Source of the DNA: Acidimicrobiia bacterium
GTDB lineage: Bacteria > Actinomycetota > Acidimicrobiia > Spongiisociales > UBA11373
Direction: 5' to 3'
DNA length: 64,000 nt
NCBI GenBank assembly: GCA_040878325.1
Contig: JBBDMM010000018.1
Coordinates: 1 to 64,000, forward strand
The stretch's first letter is position 1. Each line of letters opens with the position of its first letter. A program made the position numbers and the translations under genes. This document shows, in pieces, positions 45,623 to 56,600 of this stretch. Below the pieces are notes generated by a model. It ran no database searches, was not told where the DNA came from, and saw nothing but the letters and a program-made list of their open reading frames with translations.

Positions 45623-47700
45623 GCGGGCGCAGCCTCGCTTATCTCGCCGGGATCCCGATCGAGCGGGTGCAAGGCTTGACGGGCAAACGGGGAGCGAACC
45701 TGCGCAAGGCCGGCATCGAGTCGGTCGCCGATCTGTTGATGCACGTTCCCCGCCGCTACGTCGATCGGTCCCGTCTCTTGCCGCTGGGCGAGCTGCCGCT
45801 GGGCGAGGAGATCACCGTGATCGGCCGGGTGACAAAGGTGTCGACTCGCCGGCCACGGCGCAATCTCACCATCGTGGAAGCAACGATTGACGACGGCTCC
45901 GGATTGCTCGTCGCCACGTGGTTCAACCAGGGGTTCCGAGCGACGCAGCTCACCGAGGGAGTGGAGGTCGCCCTCTCCGGCACGGTCGAGCGCTACCGGG
46001 GACGGCTGCAGATGGCGTCGCCCGATGCCGACGTGCTCGATCGCCCTTCGGAGTCGCTCACCACGGGCAGGGTGATGCCGGTCCACCCGACCGCCGGAGG
46101 GGTAGGACCGGGGCACATGCGGCGGGCGATCCACAACGCCCTTCTCCGGGCGCGTCCGGTCACCGACCCGGTCCCGCCGGGGATCCGGGAGCGCCTCGGC
46201 CTCATCGACCGCGACACGGCGATCGCCGACATTCACTTCCCCGAGGAGATGGGACTGATCGACCCGGCGCGAGACCGGCTGGTATTCGACGAGTTCTTCC
46301 GGCTCGAGGTCGCGCTGGCCGTGCGTAAGCACCGACAGATCCAGGCAGCCGAGGGCATCGCCCATTCTGTGGACGGCGGTCTGGTCGATGAGTTCATCGA
46401 TGTGCTCCCCTACACGCTCACCAATGCCCAGAAGAAAGTGATCGCCGAGATCCAGGGCGACATGAGCTCACCCCATCCGATGCACCGGCTGCTCCAGGGG
46501 GAAGTGGGGTCGGGCAAGACGGTGGTCGCCATGGCGGCTCTGCTCACCGCGGTCCAGGGTGGTTATCAGGGGGCGGTGATGGCGCCCACCGAGGTGCTCG
46601 CTGAGCAGCACTTCCTCGGTCTCGCCCCGATGGCGCTGTGGGTCGGCGTGCGGATGTCACTTCTCACCGGGTCGTCGCCCGACCGCGCGACGGTGCTATC
46701 CCGCATCGCCGAAGGGACGGTCGACATCGTCGTCGGCACCCACGCCCTCATCCAGGAGGGGGTGGAGTTCAGCCGGCTAGGGGTGGCCGTCATCGACGAG
46801 CAGCATCGGTTCGGGGTGCACCAGCGGGTGCAACTCAAGGAGAAGGCCACCGGCCCCGAACCCGACCTGCTGATCATGACGGCGACCCCGATCCCGCGCA
46901 CGCTGGCGATGACCCTTTACGGCGACCTCGACATGAGCATTCTCGACGAGATGCCGGGTGGTCGGCTCCCGGTGATCACCCGGGTGGTCCCACCTGATCC
47001 GGGATCGCTCGCCGAGGTGTACTCGTTGATCCGCAAGGAGGTCGCCGCCGGCCGCCAGGTCTTCGTGGTGTGCCCGCTGGTGGAGGACTCCGAGAAGTTG
47101 CAAGCGGCGTCGGCGACCGCCGAGCACGAGCGCCTGTCGACGGTGTTCTCCGACTTGCGGGTTGGCCTGATCCACGGCCAGATGCGGTCCGCCGACAAGG
47201 AAGAGGTGATGGGACGGATGCGGGCCGGCGAAGTCGACGTGCTCGTCGCCACCACGGTGATCGAGGTGGGCATCGACATCGCCAACGCCACCGTGATGGT
47301 GGTCGAGGACGCCGATCGATTCGGGCTGAGCCAATTGCATCAACTGCGTGGCCGGGTGGGGCGCGGCGAGCATCAGTCGTATTGCATCCTGATCGCCGAC
47401 CCCGGTACCCCCGAAGGAGAGCAGCGGCTGGCGGCGATGGCGGAGAGCAACGACGGCTTCTTTCTCGCCGAGGAGGACCTTCGCATCCGGGGCCACGGCA
47501 CCGTCTTCGGCGCCAAGCAGGCAGGCATGGCCGACCTCCACCTCGCCGACATCCTGCGCGACACCGAGATGCTGGTCACTTCTCGCCGGGAGGCTTTCGC
47601 CCTCGTCGCCAATGATCCCGAACTGGTGACCCATCCGGAATTGGCCGAGGAGATACGGGCGCTGCTCGGCGAGGCCGACGACTGGCTGTTCATCTCGTGA
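45619..47700 (+). CDS. recG: ATP-dependent DNA helicase RecG
   Basis: RLLQGEVGSGKT, DEQHRFG, MTATPIPR, QLRGRVGR. Confidence 0.97.
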   Translation: MSGRSLAYLAGIPIERVQGLTGKRGANLRKAGIESVADLLMHVPRRYVDRSRLLPLGELPLGEEITVIGRVTKVSTRRPRRNLTIVEATIDDGSGLLVATWFNQGFRATQLTEGVEVALSGTVERYRGRLQMASPDADVLDRPSESLTTGRVMPVHPTAGGVGPGHMRRAIHNALLRARPVTDPVPPGIRERLGLIDRDTAIADIHFPEEMGLIDPARDRLVFDEFFRLEVALAVRKHRQIQAAEGIAHSVDGGLVDEFIDVLPYTLTNAQKKVIAEIQGDMSSPHPMHRLLQGEVGSGKTVVAMAALLTAVQGGYQGAVMAPTEVLAEQHFLGLAPMALWVGVRMSLLTGSSPDRATVLSRIAEGTVDIVVGTHALIQEGVEFSRLGVAVIDEQHRFGVHQRVQLKEKATGPEPDLLIMTATPIPRTLAMTLYGDLDMSILDEMPGGRLPVITRVVPPDPGSLAEVYSLIRKEVAAGRQVFVVCPLVEDSEKLQAASATAEHERLSTVFSDLRVGLIHGQMRSADKEEVMGRMRAGEVDVLVATTVIEVGIDIANATVMVVEDADRFGLSQLHQLRGRVGRGEHQSYCILIADPGTPEGEQRLAAMAESNDGFFLAEEDLRIRGHGTVFGAKQAGMADLHLADILRDTEMLVTSRREAFALVANDPELVTHPELAEEIRALLGEADDWLFIS

Positions 47701-48239
47701 GGATCATCGCCGGAGCCGCCAAGGGACGCCGGCTCAAGGGTCCGCCCGGTGACTCCACCCGGCCGATGATGGACCGGGTGAAGGAGGCGATCTTCTCCTC
47801 GCTCGGCTCGGCGGTCAACGGGGCCCGGGTGCTCGATCTCTACGCAGGATCCGGCAGCCTGGGCCTTGAGGCGTTGAGCAGAGGGGCGGAGTCAGCCACC
47901 TTCGTCGAGTGGCGGCGCGATGTGGCCCGGGTACTGCGGGAGAACGTCGACACGGTCGCGCTCGGTGGGGTGGTCGTCCCCGAGAAGGTCGAGGATCACC
48001 TCAAGAAGCCGGGGGCGCGAGTGGATCTCGCATTCGTTGACCCCCCCTACGACCTGGCACTACCGTCGGTTGAACAGGTTCTCGGTCTATTGACCCGTAG
48101 GCTGGTCGACGGCGCGATCGTGGTGCTCCACCGCAGGGTGGGATCCGGCGAACCCGCGTTGCCTCCCGGTCTCGAGGTTGCCGGTCGGCACCGATACGGA
48201 GATGCGGAGGTCACCATGCTGACCAAGGAGGATCGGTGA
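47697..48239 (+). CDS. rsmD: 16S rRNA m2G966 methyltransferase RsmD
   Basis: MRIIAG, TRP, LDLYAGSG.LGLEALSRGA, DPPY. Confidence 0.95.
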   Translation: MRIIAGAAKGRRLKGPPGDSTRPMMDRVKEAIFSSLGSAVNGARVLDLYAGSGSLGLEALSRGAESATFVEWRRDVARVLRENVDTVALGGVVVPEKVEDHLKKPGARVDLAFVDPPYDLALPSVEQVLGLLTRRLVDGAIVVLHRRVGSGEPALPPGLEVAGRHRYGDAEVTMLTKEDR

Positions 48240-48709
48240 TCACGGCTCTGGTCCCTGGCAGTTTCGACCCGCCGACCAACGGGCATGTCGATGTCGTGTC
48301 GCGCTGCGTGGCGGTGTTCGATCGGGTGGTGGTCGGAGTGGTAACCAATCCGTCGAAGCAGCCGCTGTTCACTATCGAAGAGCGCAAGGCGATGCTCGAG
48401 GAGTGCTGCCCCTGGGACACCGTCGAGGTGGCCGGGTTCGAGGGCCTGCTCGTCGACTTCGCCCGTGAGATCGGCGCCGACATCGTGGTGAAGGGCCTGC
48501 GGGCGATGACCGACTTCGACTACGAGATCCAGCTCGCGCAGATGAACCGACAGCTTTCCGGCATCGTGACCATGTTCATCGCCACGAAGCCTGAGTTCGG
48601 CTACCTGTCTTCGTCACTGGTGAAGGAAGTAGCCGGATTCGGGGGATCGGTGGATGAACTCGTCCCCGATGTCGTCGCCAAGGCCCTTCAGGAGAGGTTC
48701 CGCAAATGA
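48236..48709 (+). CDS. coaD: Phosphopantetheine adenylyltransferase
   Basis: PGSFDPPTNGH, KGLR...DFDYE, SSSLVKE. Confidence 0.97.
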   Translation: MITALVPGSFDPPTNGHVDVVSRCVAVFDRVVVGVVTNPSKQPLFTIEERKAMLEECCPWDTVEVAGFEGLLVDFAREIGADIVVKGLRAMTDFDYEIQLAQMNRQLSGIVTMFIATKPEFGYLSSSLVKEVAGFGGSVDELVPDVVAKALQERFRK

Positions 48710-49227
48710 CCGACGAGCACGACCTTGGCATCGATCCCCCCGACGAGATCCCGGTACCGCCCCGGTTGGGTGAACTGCTCGAACTCGTCGACGAGTTGAT
48801 CATCGCCGTCGAAGGGGCCCGAACGGTTCCCCTCTCGGGCAACGTGATGCTCGATCGCGACCGGCTCATCGACATGCTCTATCGCCTGCGCGACGACCTC
48901 CCCGAGGAGCTGCGGGCGGCGCGTTGGATGGTGCGGGAGCGTGAGGCGTTCGTGGCCCGTACCAATGAGAAGGCGCGCGAGATGCTCGAACGAGCCCGAC
49001 AGCGTTCCGAGGAATTGGTGACCGAGTCGTACATCGTGAAGGAAGCGGTCGACGAGGCCAACGCCCTGATCCGCCACGCCGAGAACGAGGCGACACGGAT
49101 CCGGCTCGAGGCAGAGGACTACTCGGAGCAGGCGTTCGAGCAAACCGAAACGGTGCTGTCCGATCTACTCTCTCAGGTGAGAGGGTTCCGCGCAGAGCTG
49201 CACCAGGCGCGGCGCCACGAAGACTGA
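48706..49227 (+). CDS. Coiled-coil protein (SepIVA / DivIVA-like)
   Basis: AR.VPLS, LPEELR.A; typical position after coaD. Confidence 0.75.
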   Translation: MTDEHDLGIDPPDEIPVPPRLGELLELVDELIIAVEGARTVPLSGNVMLDRDRLIDMLYRLRDDLPEELRAARWMVREREAFVARTNEKAREMLERARQRSEELVTESYIVKEAVDEANALIRHAENEATRIRLEAEDYSEQAFEQTETVLSDLLSQVRGFRAELHQARRHED

Positions 49228-49320
49228 AGGGGGTGAGCGAATAGGCTCGCCCCGGGATAGGGTCTCGGCTTGCCACAAGCCGAGACCCTATGAAGCCAGC
49301 GACCTATTCGCTCACCCCCT
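49228..49320. repeat. ~93-bp long-hairpin element (MITE/REPIN-like), copy 2
   Basis: 18-bp terminal inverted repeat plus 16-bp inner stem; compensatory changes versus copy 1. Confidence 0.85.
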
Positions 49321-49334
49321 AAGACGAGGCACCA

Positions 49335-49835
49335 ATGACCCGGGGACATGCTCCCTTCCGCATCCCCGTTTCCGATGTCCACGGTGATGGCGGCAAACGC
49401 CGTTCCGTCACCATCGACGCCGAGATCGAGTGGCCCCTCGAGTTGTCGGTGGTGGGGCCTCATCTGCACGCCGATCTGGTGTTGCAGGGCGCCGCCGGCG
49501 GAGTGCTCGTCCGGGGGGTGATCGACACCGACGTCACCCACACCTGCCACCGCTGCCTGGTGGAGTGGGCCGAACCCCTTCGAGTCGAGTTCTCCGAGGT
49601 GCTCGGGCTCGATGAGGATCCCGACGCCTACCCCCTCGACGGAGACGTCGCCGACCTCGAAATCCCCATACGCGACGCCGTATTGCTGTCGGTGACGCTT
49701 GTTCCGACGTGCAAGCCCGACTGTCGCGGAATTTGCGCCACGTGCGGGGGCGACTTGAATACCAACTCCTGCCCGGGGCATGACGAGGATGGTGACTCCC
49801 CGTTTGCGTCGTTGCGGGAATTGTTCGAATCCTGA
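49335..49835 (+). CDS. YceD / DUF177 family protein
   Basis: CHRCL, C..DCRGIC..CG.DLN, PFA.L; upstream of rpmF. Confidence 0.92.
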   Translation: MTRGHAPFRIPVSDVHGDGGKRRSVTIDAEIEWPLELSVVGPHLHADLVLQGAAGGVLVRGVIDTDVTHTCHRCLVEWAEPLRVEFSEVLGLDEDPDAYPLDGDVADLEIPIRDAVLLSVTLVPTCKPDCRGICATCGGDLNTNSCPGHDEDGDSPFASLRELFES

Positions 49836-49853
49836 GGTCTCGAAAGGCGCGTC

Positions 49854-50027
49854 ATGGCGGTCCCGAAGAAGAAGATGTCCGCCTCCCGCACCCGGCGGCG
49901 GAAGGCGATGTGGAAGATCACTCCTACTGCCACCATTCGCTGCCCGCAGTGCAACGCGCCCAAGCTTTCTCACCGCGTCTGCAAGGAGTGCGGTACGTAC
50001 AAGGGCCGGGAGGTCCTCCCCAGCTGA
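49854..50027 (+). CDS. rpmF: 50S ribosomal protein L32 (not in the ORF track, 57 aa)
   Basis: Manual translation MAVPKKKMSASRTRRRKAMWK...CPQCNAPKLSHRVCKECGTYKGREV. Confidence 0.97.
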   Translation: MAVPKKKMSASRTRRRKAMWKITPTATIRCPQCNAPKLSHRVCKECGTYKGREVLPS

Positions 50028-50103
50028 GGTCATGGCGGCGATCGGCAATAACGACTTCTCATTGGTGCCGTGAACGATTTCCGCATATCTTGAGGCCCAT
50101 TTC

Positions 50104-51090
50104 ATGGTCCGTATAGCGCTCGACGCCATGGGCGGGGACTTCGCCCCACAGCAGACGGTTCTTGGCGCGATCGACGCGTCGGCCCGCGGGGTCGATGTCG
50201 TCCTCGTAGGCGACGAGGGCCTTCTCCGCACCGAACTCGAGAAGGCCGGCCCCGATCTCCCGATCGTTCACGCCCCCGATGTGATCGACATGAGCGATGA
50301 CCCCGCCGCCGCGATCCGGGAGAAGAAGGGCGCATCGGTGAGCGTCGCCGCCCGTCTGGTCAGCGAAGGCTTGGCCGCTGGCATGGTCTCGGCCGGATCG
50401 ACCGGAGCGGCAATGGCTGCGGCCGCCATCGTCATCGGGCGTATCCCCGGCGTATCCCGGCCAGCCATCGCCACCATCTTCCCGCTGGGCACCCCGACCG
50501 TGGTGCTCGACGCCGGCGCCAACATCGACGTCAAGGCCAGCCACCTTGCCCAATTCGCCGTCATGGGATCGGTGGTGGCCGAGGTGTACCTCGGGGTCAC
50601 CGAGCCCACGGTGGGTCTGCTCAACATCGGTGAGGAGGAGGGGAAGGGCCGCGATCTCGAGCGCGAGGCCCACAAGGTCCTTTCCGGGCAGGCGGGCATC
50701 CGCTTCGTCGGCAATGTCGAGGGCCGCGACCTGGGCCGAGGTAAGGCCGATGTGATCGTGACCGACGGTTTCACCGGCAATGTGCTTCTCAAGACCGCCG
50801 AGGGCTCGGTCCGGGCAGTGGCCCGGGTGATCCTCGAGGCGATCTCGTCGGACACCGATCCCGAAGTGCAGACCGCGGCCCAGGTGATCCTCCCCCGCCT
50901 CATGGCGCTGCGCGCCCGGTTTGATCCCGAGGCATATGGCGGAGCGCACCTCGTCGGGGTCAAGGGCACCGTGGTGATCGCACACGGGTCGTCGTCGCGC
51001 GTCGCCATCGCCAATGCCCTCGCGATGGCCGCCGAAGGCGCCGAGCGGGGACTGGTGGCGCGCATCGAGGCCGGGCTGAGTGGTGGCTGA
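50104..51090 (+). CDS. plsX: Phosphate acyltransferase PlsX
   Basis: IALDAMGGD.AP, SAGSTGA, LD.GAN, LLNIGEE..KG, DGFTGN. Confidence 0.96.
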   Translation: MVRIALDAMGGDFAPQQTVLGAIDASARGVDVVLVGDEGLLRTELEKAGPDLPIVHAPDVIDMSDDPAAAIREKKGASVSVAARLVSEGLAAGMVSAGSTGAAMAAAAIVIGRIPGVSRPAIATIFPLGTPTVVLDAGANIDVKASHLAQFAVMGSVVAEVYLGVTEPTVGLLNIGEEEGKGRDLEREAHKVLSGQAGIRFVGNVEGRDLGRGKADVIVTDGFTGNVLLKTAEGSVRAVARVILEAISSDTDPEVQTAAQVILPRLMALRARFDPEAYGGAHLVGVKGTVVIAHGSSSRVAIANALAMAAEGAERGLVARIEAGLSGG

Positions 51091-51769
51091 GCCCGCCCCG
51101 GCACTGGAGACTGCCCTGGGCCACACCTTTGCCGACCGCTCGCTTCTCGACCTCGCCCTCACCCACCGGTCGTGGATCGGCGAGGAGGACACCGACGAAT
51201 CGAACGAGCGCCTCGAGTTCCTCGGCGACGCGGTGCTGGGGCTGATCGTCTCGACTGAACTCCACGAAGCCTGGGATCTGACCGAGGGCGAGATGGCAAA
51301 GGTGCGGGCGGGGGTCGTCAACGAGGCGACGCTGGCCGTGGTCGCCCGCTCGATCGGCCTCGACGCGTCGCTGCGCGTCAGCCGTGGCGAGGAGGCCAGC
51401 GGGGGCCGCCACAAGGCATCGATCCTGTCGGACGGCATGGAGGCTCTGATCGGCGCGGTGTTTCTCGACGGTGGGTTCGAAGCCGCCCGGGAAGTCGTTC
51501 TCGAACGGTGGCGGCCGATCATCGCCGAACGCGCCTCGGCTCCCGGGGAGCGCGACTACAAGACCAGGCTTCAGGAGGTGATCGCCCAGGAGGGAAGTGT
51601 CCCGGTCTACGACATGATCGGATCGGGACCCGACCACTCGCGGGCATTCGCCGCGACGGTCCGGGTAGGAGACGAAGTGATCGGCCGCGGCACCGGCACA
51701 TCGAAGAAGCGCGCCCAACAGGCCGCTGCCCGGGCGGCGCTCGAAGCGCGCGGCTTCGCCGATGCCTGA
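51080..51769 (+). CDS. rnc: Ribonuclease III
   Basis: ALTHRS, NERLEFLGDAVL, dsRBD (DYKT.LQE, SKK.AQQ.AA). Confidence 0.97.
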   Translation: MVAEPAPALETALGHTFADRSLLDLALTHRSWIGEEDTDESNERLEFLGDAVLGLIVSTELHEAWDLTEGEMAKVRAGVVNEATLAVVARSIGLDASLRVSRGEEASGGRHKASILSDGMEALIGAVFLDGGFEAAREVVLERWRPIIAERASAPGERDYKTRLQEVIAQEGSVPVYDMIGSGPDHSRAFAATVRVGDEVIGRGTGTSKKRAQQAAARAALEARGFADA

Positions 51770-52592
51770 GCTGCCTGAGGTCGAGTCCACCCGCCGATTT
51801 CTCGCCCCGGTGATCGTCGGGCACACGATTCGGGCGGCCGATGTGCGGCGTGACCGGATGGTCCGTCGCCACGAACGGCCCGGCGACTTTGCCGATCGGG
51901 TCGTCGGCCGGCGGATCGAATCGCTCGACCGACGAGGCAAGTTCCTCCTCGCCCGGCTCGCCGGCGACATCACCTGGGTGACTCACCTGGGGATGTCGGG
52001 ACGGATCGCGGTGGCCGAACCGGGCGAGGCCGAAGCCCCCCACACCAACGTCGTCGTCCACATCGACGGGCCGGTAGAGATCAGGCTGGTGGATCCGCGC
52101 ACTTTCGGGTTCGTGGCGGCGTGGACGGCCGACGAACTGGCGCTGATGTTCGAGGGCCGGATCGGACGGGACGCGCTCGGCGATCTCCCCACCTCTCGGG
52201 ACCTCGAGCAGGCGCTGGCCGGTCGCACCAGCCCGATCAAGGCGCTGCTGCTCGACCAACGGATCGTCAGTGGCCTCGGCAACATCTATGTCGACGAGGT
52301 CCTCCACCGCGCCGCCATTCGTCCTGATCGCCCCGGAGGATCTCTCGACGCCCTCGAGGTGCGGGCACTCCGGCGGGCCATCAGACCCGTTCTCGAAGCC
52401 GGCATCCGCCACGGGGGGACGAGCCTGGGCGACCTCGCGTACCTGCTCCCCGATGGCCGCGCCGGCGACTACATGCAGCGTCTGGCGGCGTACGGGCGCG
52501 AGGGGGAACCATGTCGGCGATGTGGTGGCATCATCGAGAGGAGCGTCATCCGCGATAGGAGCAGTTTCTGGTGCGCCGGCTGTCAAGTGTGA
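51762..52592 (+). CDS. mutM: Formamidopyrimidine-DNA glycosylase
   Basis: PELPEVE, HLGMSG, DPRTFG, GLGNIY.DE, zinc finger. Confidence 0.97.
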   Translation: MPELPEVESTRRFLAPVIVGHTIRAADVRRDRMVRRHERPGDFADRVVGRRIESLDRRGKFLLARLAGDITWVTHLGMSGRIAVAEPGEAEAPHTNVVVHIDGPVEIRLVDPRTFGFVAAWTADELALMFEGRIGRDALGDLPTSRDLEQALAGRTSPIKALLLDQRIVSGLGNIYVDEVLHRAAIRPDRPGGSLDALEVRALRRAIRPVLEAGIRHGGTSLGDLAYLLPDGRAGDYMQRLAAYGREGEPCRRCGGIIERSVIRDRSSFWCAGCQV

Positions 52593-53224
52593 CGGTGGTG
52601 GCGATGACCCTGGTCGCCGCCGCTTGCTCCGCCGGAACACCAGAGGACTCCTCGAGTGGGCTCATGCCGGCCGCCATCCAGTTTGCCGCGGAGGCAGACC
52701 GCGCTCTCGACGGTTCGAGGTTCGAGGAGATGCCGGCGGACGATCTCGCCGATGCCATCGTCAGCCTTTGCGCGTCGGGGGGTTCGATCGAGGAGGTCAT
52801 CGAAGGGTTGCCGGCAGCACCCGGTGACCCGGCCGACGACCTGATCATTCGTGAAGTCATCGTGGCCGGATTGGTGCAGGTGTGCCCGACGCAGACCGGC
52901 GACGCCTCGGTCGTGGACGCATTCCTCGCCTCGGTGCGGACCGCGATCGCTTCAGCAGGAGCGGACCTCGTTCTGGACGACGAGCCCCTCATCGCGGGCG
53001 GCACCATTGCCTGCGCCTCGCTCGACGCGGGCGGGGGCGTCGATGGTGCAGCCCTCTCCGCGGCCGCCATCCTCTTCGGGGTCGAGCGATCCACCATCGA
53101 GGAGTTGGAGGGTGCGCTCGACGATTCCCAGGGCATCGCGGTCGGGGCGACGCTGGCCTCCGCCGCCCTCTATTTCTGCCCCGAGCACGAGCAGGTCGTC
53201 GCAGACTTCGTTGGTGGGGCATGA
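52571..53224 (+). CDS. Hypothetical lipoprotein (DUF732-like)
   Basis: Lipobox AAAC; paired Cys; A...FCPEH. Confidence 0.65.
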   Translation: MRRLSSVTVVAMTLVAAACSAGTPEDSSSGLMPAAIQFAAEADRALDGSRFEEMPADDLADAIVSLCASGGSIEEVIEGLPAAPGDPADDLIIREVIVAGLVQVCPTQTGDASVVDAFLASVRTAIASAGADLVLDDEPLIAGGTIACASLDAGGGVDGAALSAAAILFGVERSTIEELEGALDDSQGIAVGATLASAALYFCPEHEQVVADFVGGA

Positions 53225-53490
53225 AGGCGATCCGGGTGGTGGTTGCCGGGCGGGTGCAGGGGGTGGGTTTTCGCTGGTCGACTCGCCGGGCCGCCGAACG
53301 AATCGGAGTGACCGGATGGGTACGCAATCGGGAGGATGGCGCGGTCGAGGCTCACATCGAGGGGCCAGCGGAGCGGGTGGCGGCGATGGTGGCGTGGCTC
53401 GAGCAGGGTCCTGCCGAGGCGAAGGTGGCCAGTGTCGAGACCGCCGAGGCATCGCCAGAGGGCGTCGAAGGGTTCGGGATCAGGGCTTGA
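53221..53490 (+). CDS. acyP: Acylphosphatase
   Basis: GRVQGVGFR, GWVRN..DG.VE; start ATG 53221. Confidence 0.95.
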   Translation: MKAIRVVVAGRVQGVGFRWSTRRAAERIGVTGWVRNREDGAVEAHIEGPAERVAAMVAWLEQGPAEAKVASVETAEASPEGVEGFGIRA

Positions 53491-53537
53491 CCCTGGGCCT
53501 CAGGCCCAGGGTCGGCTGGGCAGGGACCCAGTCGACA
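53489..53537 (+). terminator. Tandem hairpins after acyP
   Basis: GACCCTGGGCC TCA GGCCCAGGGTC and GTCGGCTGGG...CCCAGTCGAC. Confidence 0.55.
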
Positions 53538-53616
53538 CCGCGATGAGGCGTCAGCCGAAGAGCCATAAATACGAACAACACGCGTGTGATTTCGGGGTGA
53601 TACCCTGCGACCACTT

Positions 53617-56600
53617 GTGCATCTGAAGACCCTCACACTGGTGGGATTCAAGTCCTTCGCCGAGCGGACCAGGATCGAGTGCGAGCCCGGGGTGACCGTG
53701 GTCGTCGGCCCGAATGGCTCTGGCAAGTCGAACCTGGTCGACGCGATCGCGTGGGCCATGGGTACCCAGGCCACCACCTCCCTTCGCACCTCGAAGATGG
53801 AGGACGTGATCTTCGCCGGGACGGCCATACGGTCGGCGCTGGGCCGGGCGGAGGTTTCGCTCACCTTCGACAACTCCTCGGGGCGTCTCGAACTCGACAT
53901 GGCCGACGTGACGGTGACCCGGCGGCTCTTCAGGGACGGCACGAGCGAGTACGAAATCAACGGAGCCCCGTGTCGGCTGCTCGACATCCAGGAACTCCTC
54001 TCCGACAGCGGGGTGGGGCGCCATCAGCATGTTCTCGTCGGTCAGGGCCGGATCGACTCAGTGCTCAATGCCAGCCCCGAGGAGCATCGGGCAGTTATCG
54101 AGGAGGCGGCCGGTGTGGTCAAGCATCGGGCACGCCGCGACCGGGCGATGCGGCGACTCGAGGCCACCGACATCGACCTTTCCCGGCTACGCGATCTGCT
54201 CAACGAGCAGCAGAAGCGGATCAAGCCCCTCAAGCGTCAGGCGAGTGCCGCCGCTCGCCACGATGAGGTTCGCAACGCCTGGCGATCCGTGCGGCTGTGG
54301 GTGGGGGGTGAGCGTCTCAGGGATGCACGGACCCGTCTCCAAGAGCTCTCGACCACCGAGACCGAGAACCGCAAGTCGCTCGACGCTTCCGTGGCCGAAC
54401 GCGAGCACATCGTCGCCAGTCTTGGAGACCTGCAAGCCGCCGCAGGCGAGACCGGAGAGGCACTCGACCGCGACACCGCGGCCGCAGGGCGCCTCGAGAC
54501 TTCGGCCGAGCGGTTCCACCGGATAGCCCTGGTCGCCCGTGAGCGCCGGATCGCGCTGGAGGCGACGATGACCGGGGTCGATACTCGGCGGCGCGACCTC
54601 ACCGCCGAGCACGACGACCTCGCCAGTCGGATCGCGGCGACCCGCACCGAGGAGACCGGTGCCGGGGAGACAGCCGATCGCGCCGAGATGATGTTCCGCT
54701 CGCTCGAAGAGGAGGAGCGATCGTTGGCCGATGCCGATCGGCTCCCCGCCGAGGGCGCCGCCGCTTCGATGCGGGGTGACCTCGCCGCCCTCGAGGCCGC
54801 CGCAATTCGCGACGAGCGCGAGTCGGCCGAGTTGGCGCAGCGCCGTGGCGGGGTGGCGGCCATCGTCGACGAGGAGGGAAGGGAGTTGGACCGGCTCCGC
54901 GGCGAAGCCGGCGAGTTGTCTGCCGAGCGCTCCCGGTTGGCCAGGGAGCATGAGAGTGCCGGGATCGCAGCCGAACGCGATCGAGTGGATTTCGCTGCAG
55001 CCGAGGACGCCCATCGGGCTGTCGAGACGGTGCTCGCCGCCGCCCGGGCAAGGGTGGAGGCGCTGGAAGCGGCCGGGGCAGGTCTGGCCGACCCCGAAAC
55101 CCGGGAGCGGGCGGCGGCCCTCGAGGGGGTCATGGGCACGATTGCCGCCCGCCTCGATGTACCCGGCCGGTTGATCGCCGCCGTCGCCACCGCCCTGGGT
55201 CCGTGGTCGGACGCATTCGTCACCAGGGACGTCGCCGGTGTCGCCTCCGCGGCTGGGGCGTTGAAGTCTGAGGGCCGGGGGGGAGTGGCTTTCGTCAGCG
55301 GCACCGGCGACGGCAAGGTGCCGGCCCGTGAGGCGGCCGTGTCCGGTGGTGGGCACGCCATCGTCGACCTGCTCGGGCCCGGAGCCGACCGGGTACTGGC
55401 GGGCTCGCTGCTCGGTGATGTCGTCCTGGTCGAGGGCTGGGTCCAGGCACGAGCGATCGTCGCGGCCTACCCGGGGGTACGGGTGGTCACGCCTGAAGGC
55501 GATCTGGTCACTTCGGTCGGCATCGTCGCCGCTCACCCCGACGGTGTCGGCCCCGCGGCGATCGAGGCGGCCCGCGTCGCTGCCGAACGGGCCGAGACCG
55601 ATGCCGCCCGCGCCGCCAGCCGGCAAACCACCGCGCTTCGGGCGCGTCAGGCCTCCACCGCCCGGGAGGCCGAGGCTGCCGCCGCCTCCAACGCGATGGA
55701 GCGCCGGGTGGCTGCGATCGAGGAAACCCTGGCATTGCTCGAACGGTCACGGGCGGAGCGCCAGGCTGAGCTCGATCGGCTCGATGCCCGCGCCCGGGCG
55801 ATCGCAGAGGCTGCTTCCGGGCGGAGTGAACGGATCGTGCGGATGCGGAGCAGGGTCGATGACCTCGAAGGTGACGACTCGGTTCGGCAGGCAGCGTGGG
55901 ACGACATCGCCCGCCGCCGCGAGGAGATTGCGGGGCGGCGCGACGATGCCCGCAAGCGCCGCGAAGAGGCGGCCGCCGTCCTCGCCGCCGCTGCCGAGCG
56001 GCGCTCACTCCTCGAGACGCGACTGGCCGAAGTCGCCGGAGCGCTCGCCGGAGGCGAACCCGTGGTTGACACCGGCCGGGTGACGCTGCTGGCAAGGGTC
56101 GAGGACCACGCCCGCCGTGCGGGTGAAGCGGTTCGCAGCCACCTGGGCGCAATCCGCGAGCGCCAGCGGCTGCTGCGGTCGGAGGCCGGCGAAGCTGGAT
56201 CGAGGCTGGACAAAGCGCGCGAACGGCGTGAGGCGCTCAACTCCATCATCGAATCCGCCAGGGAGTCGCTGTCGGCGGTGGGGGTGGAAGCAGCCGAACT
56301 GCGGGTGCGTGATGAGTCGATCTCCGAGGGACTCCGTCGGGACATCGACGCCTCCGAGGAGGAAGCGCTCGGCGCTCCTCGGCCCGAGATCCCCGAGGGG
56401 GTCGAACCCGAGGCGCACGCCGACTCACTGCACGCCACCCTTCGCCGCCTCGGTCCGATCAACCAGTTGGCTGCGGCCGAGTACCGCGAACTCAGTGAAC
56501 GGGTCGAGTTCATGGACGGGCAGTTGGCCGATCTAGAGGAGAGCCGGTCCGAACTCCGCAAGGTGATCAAGGCTCTCGACGAGGAGATCGGCCGCCTGTT

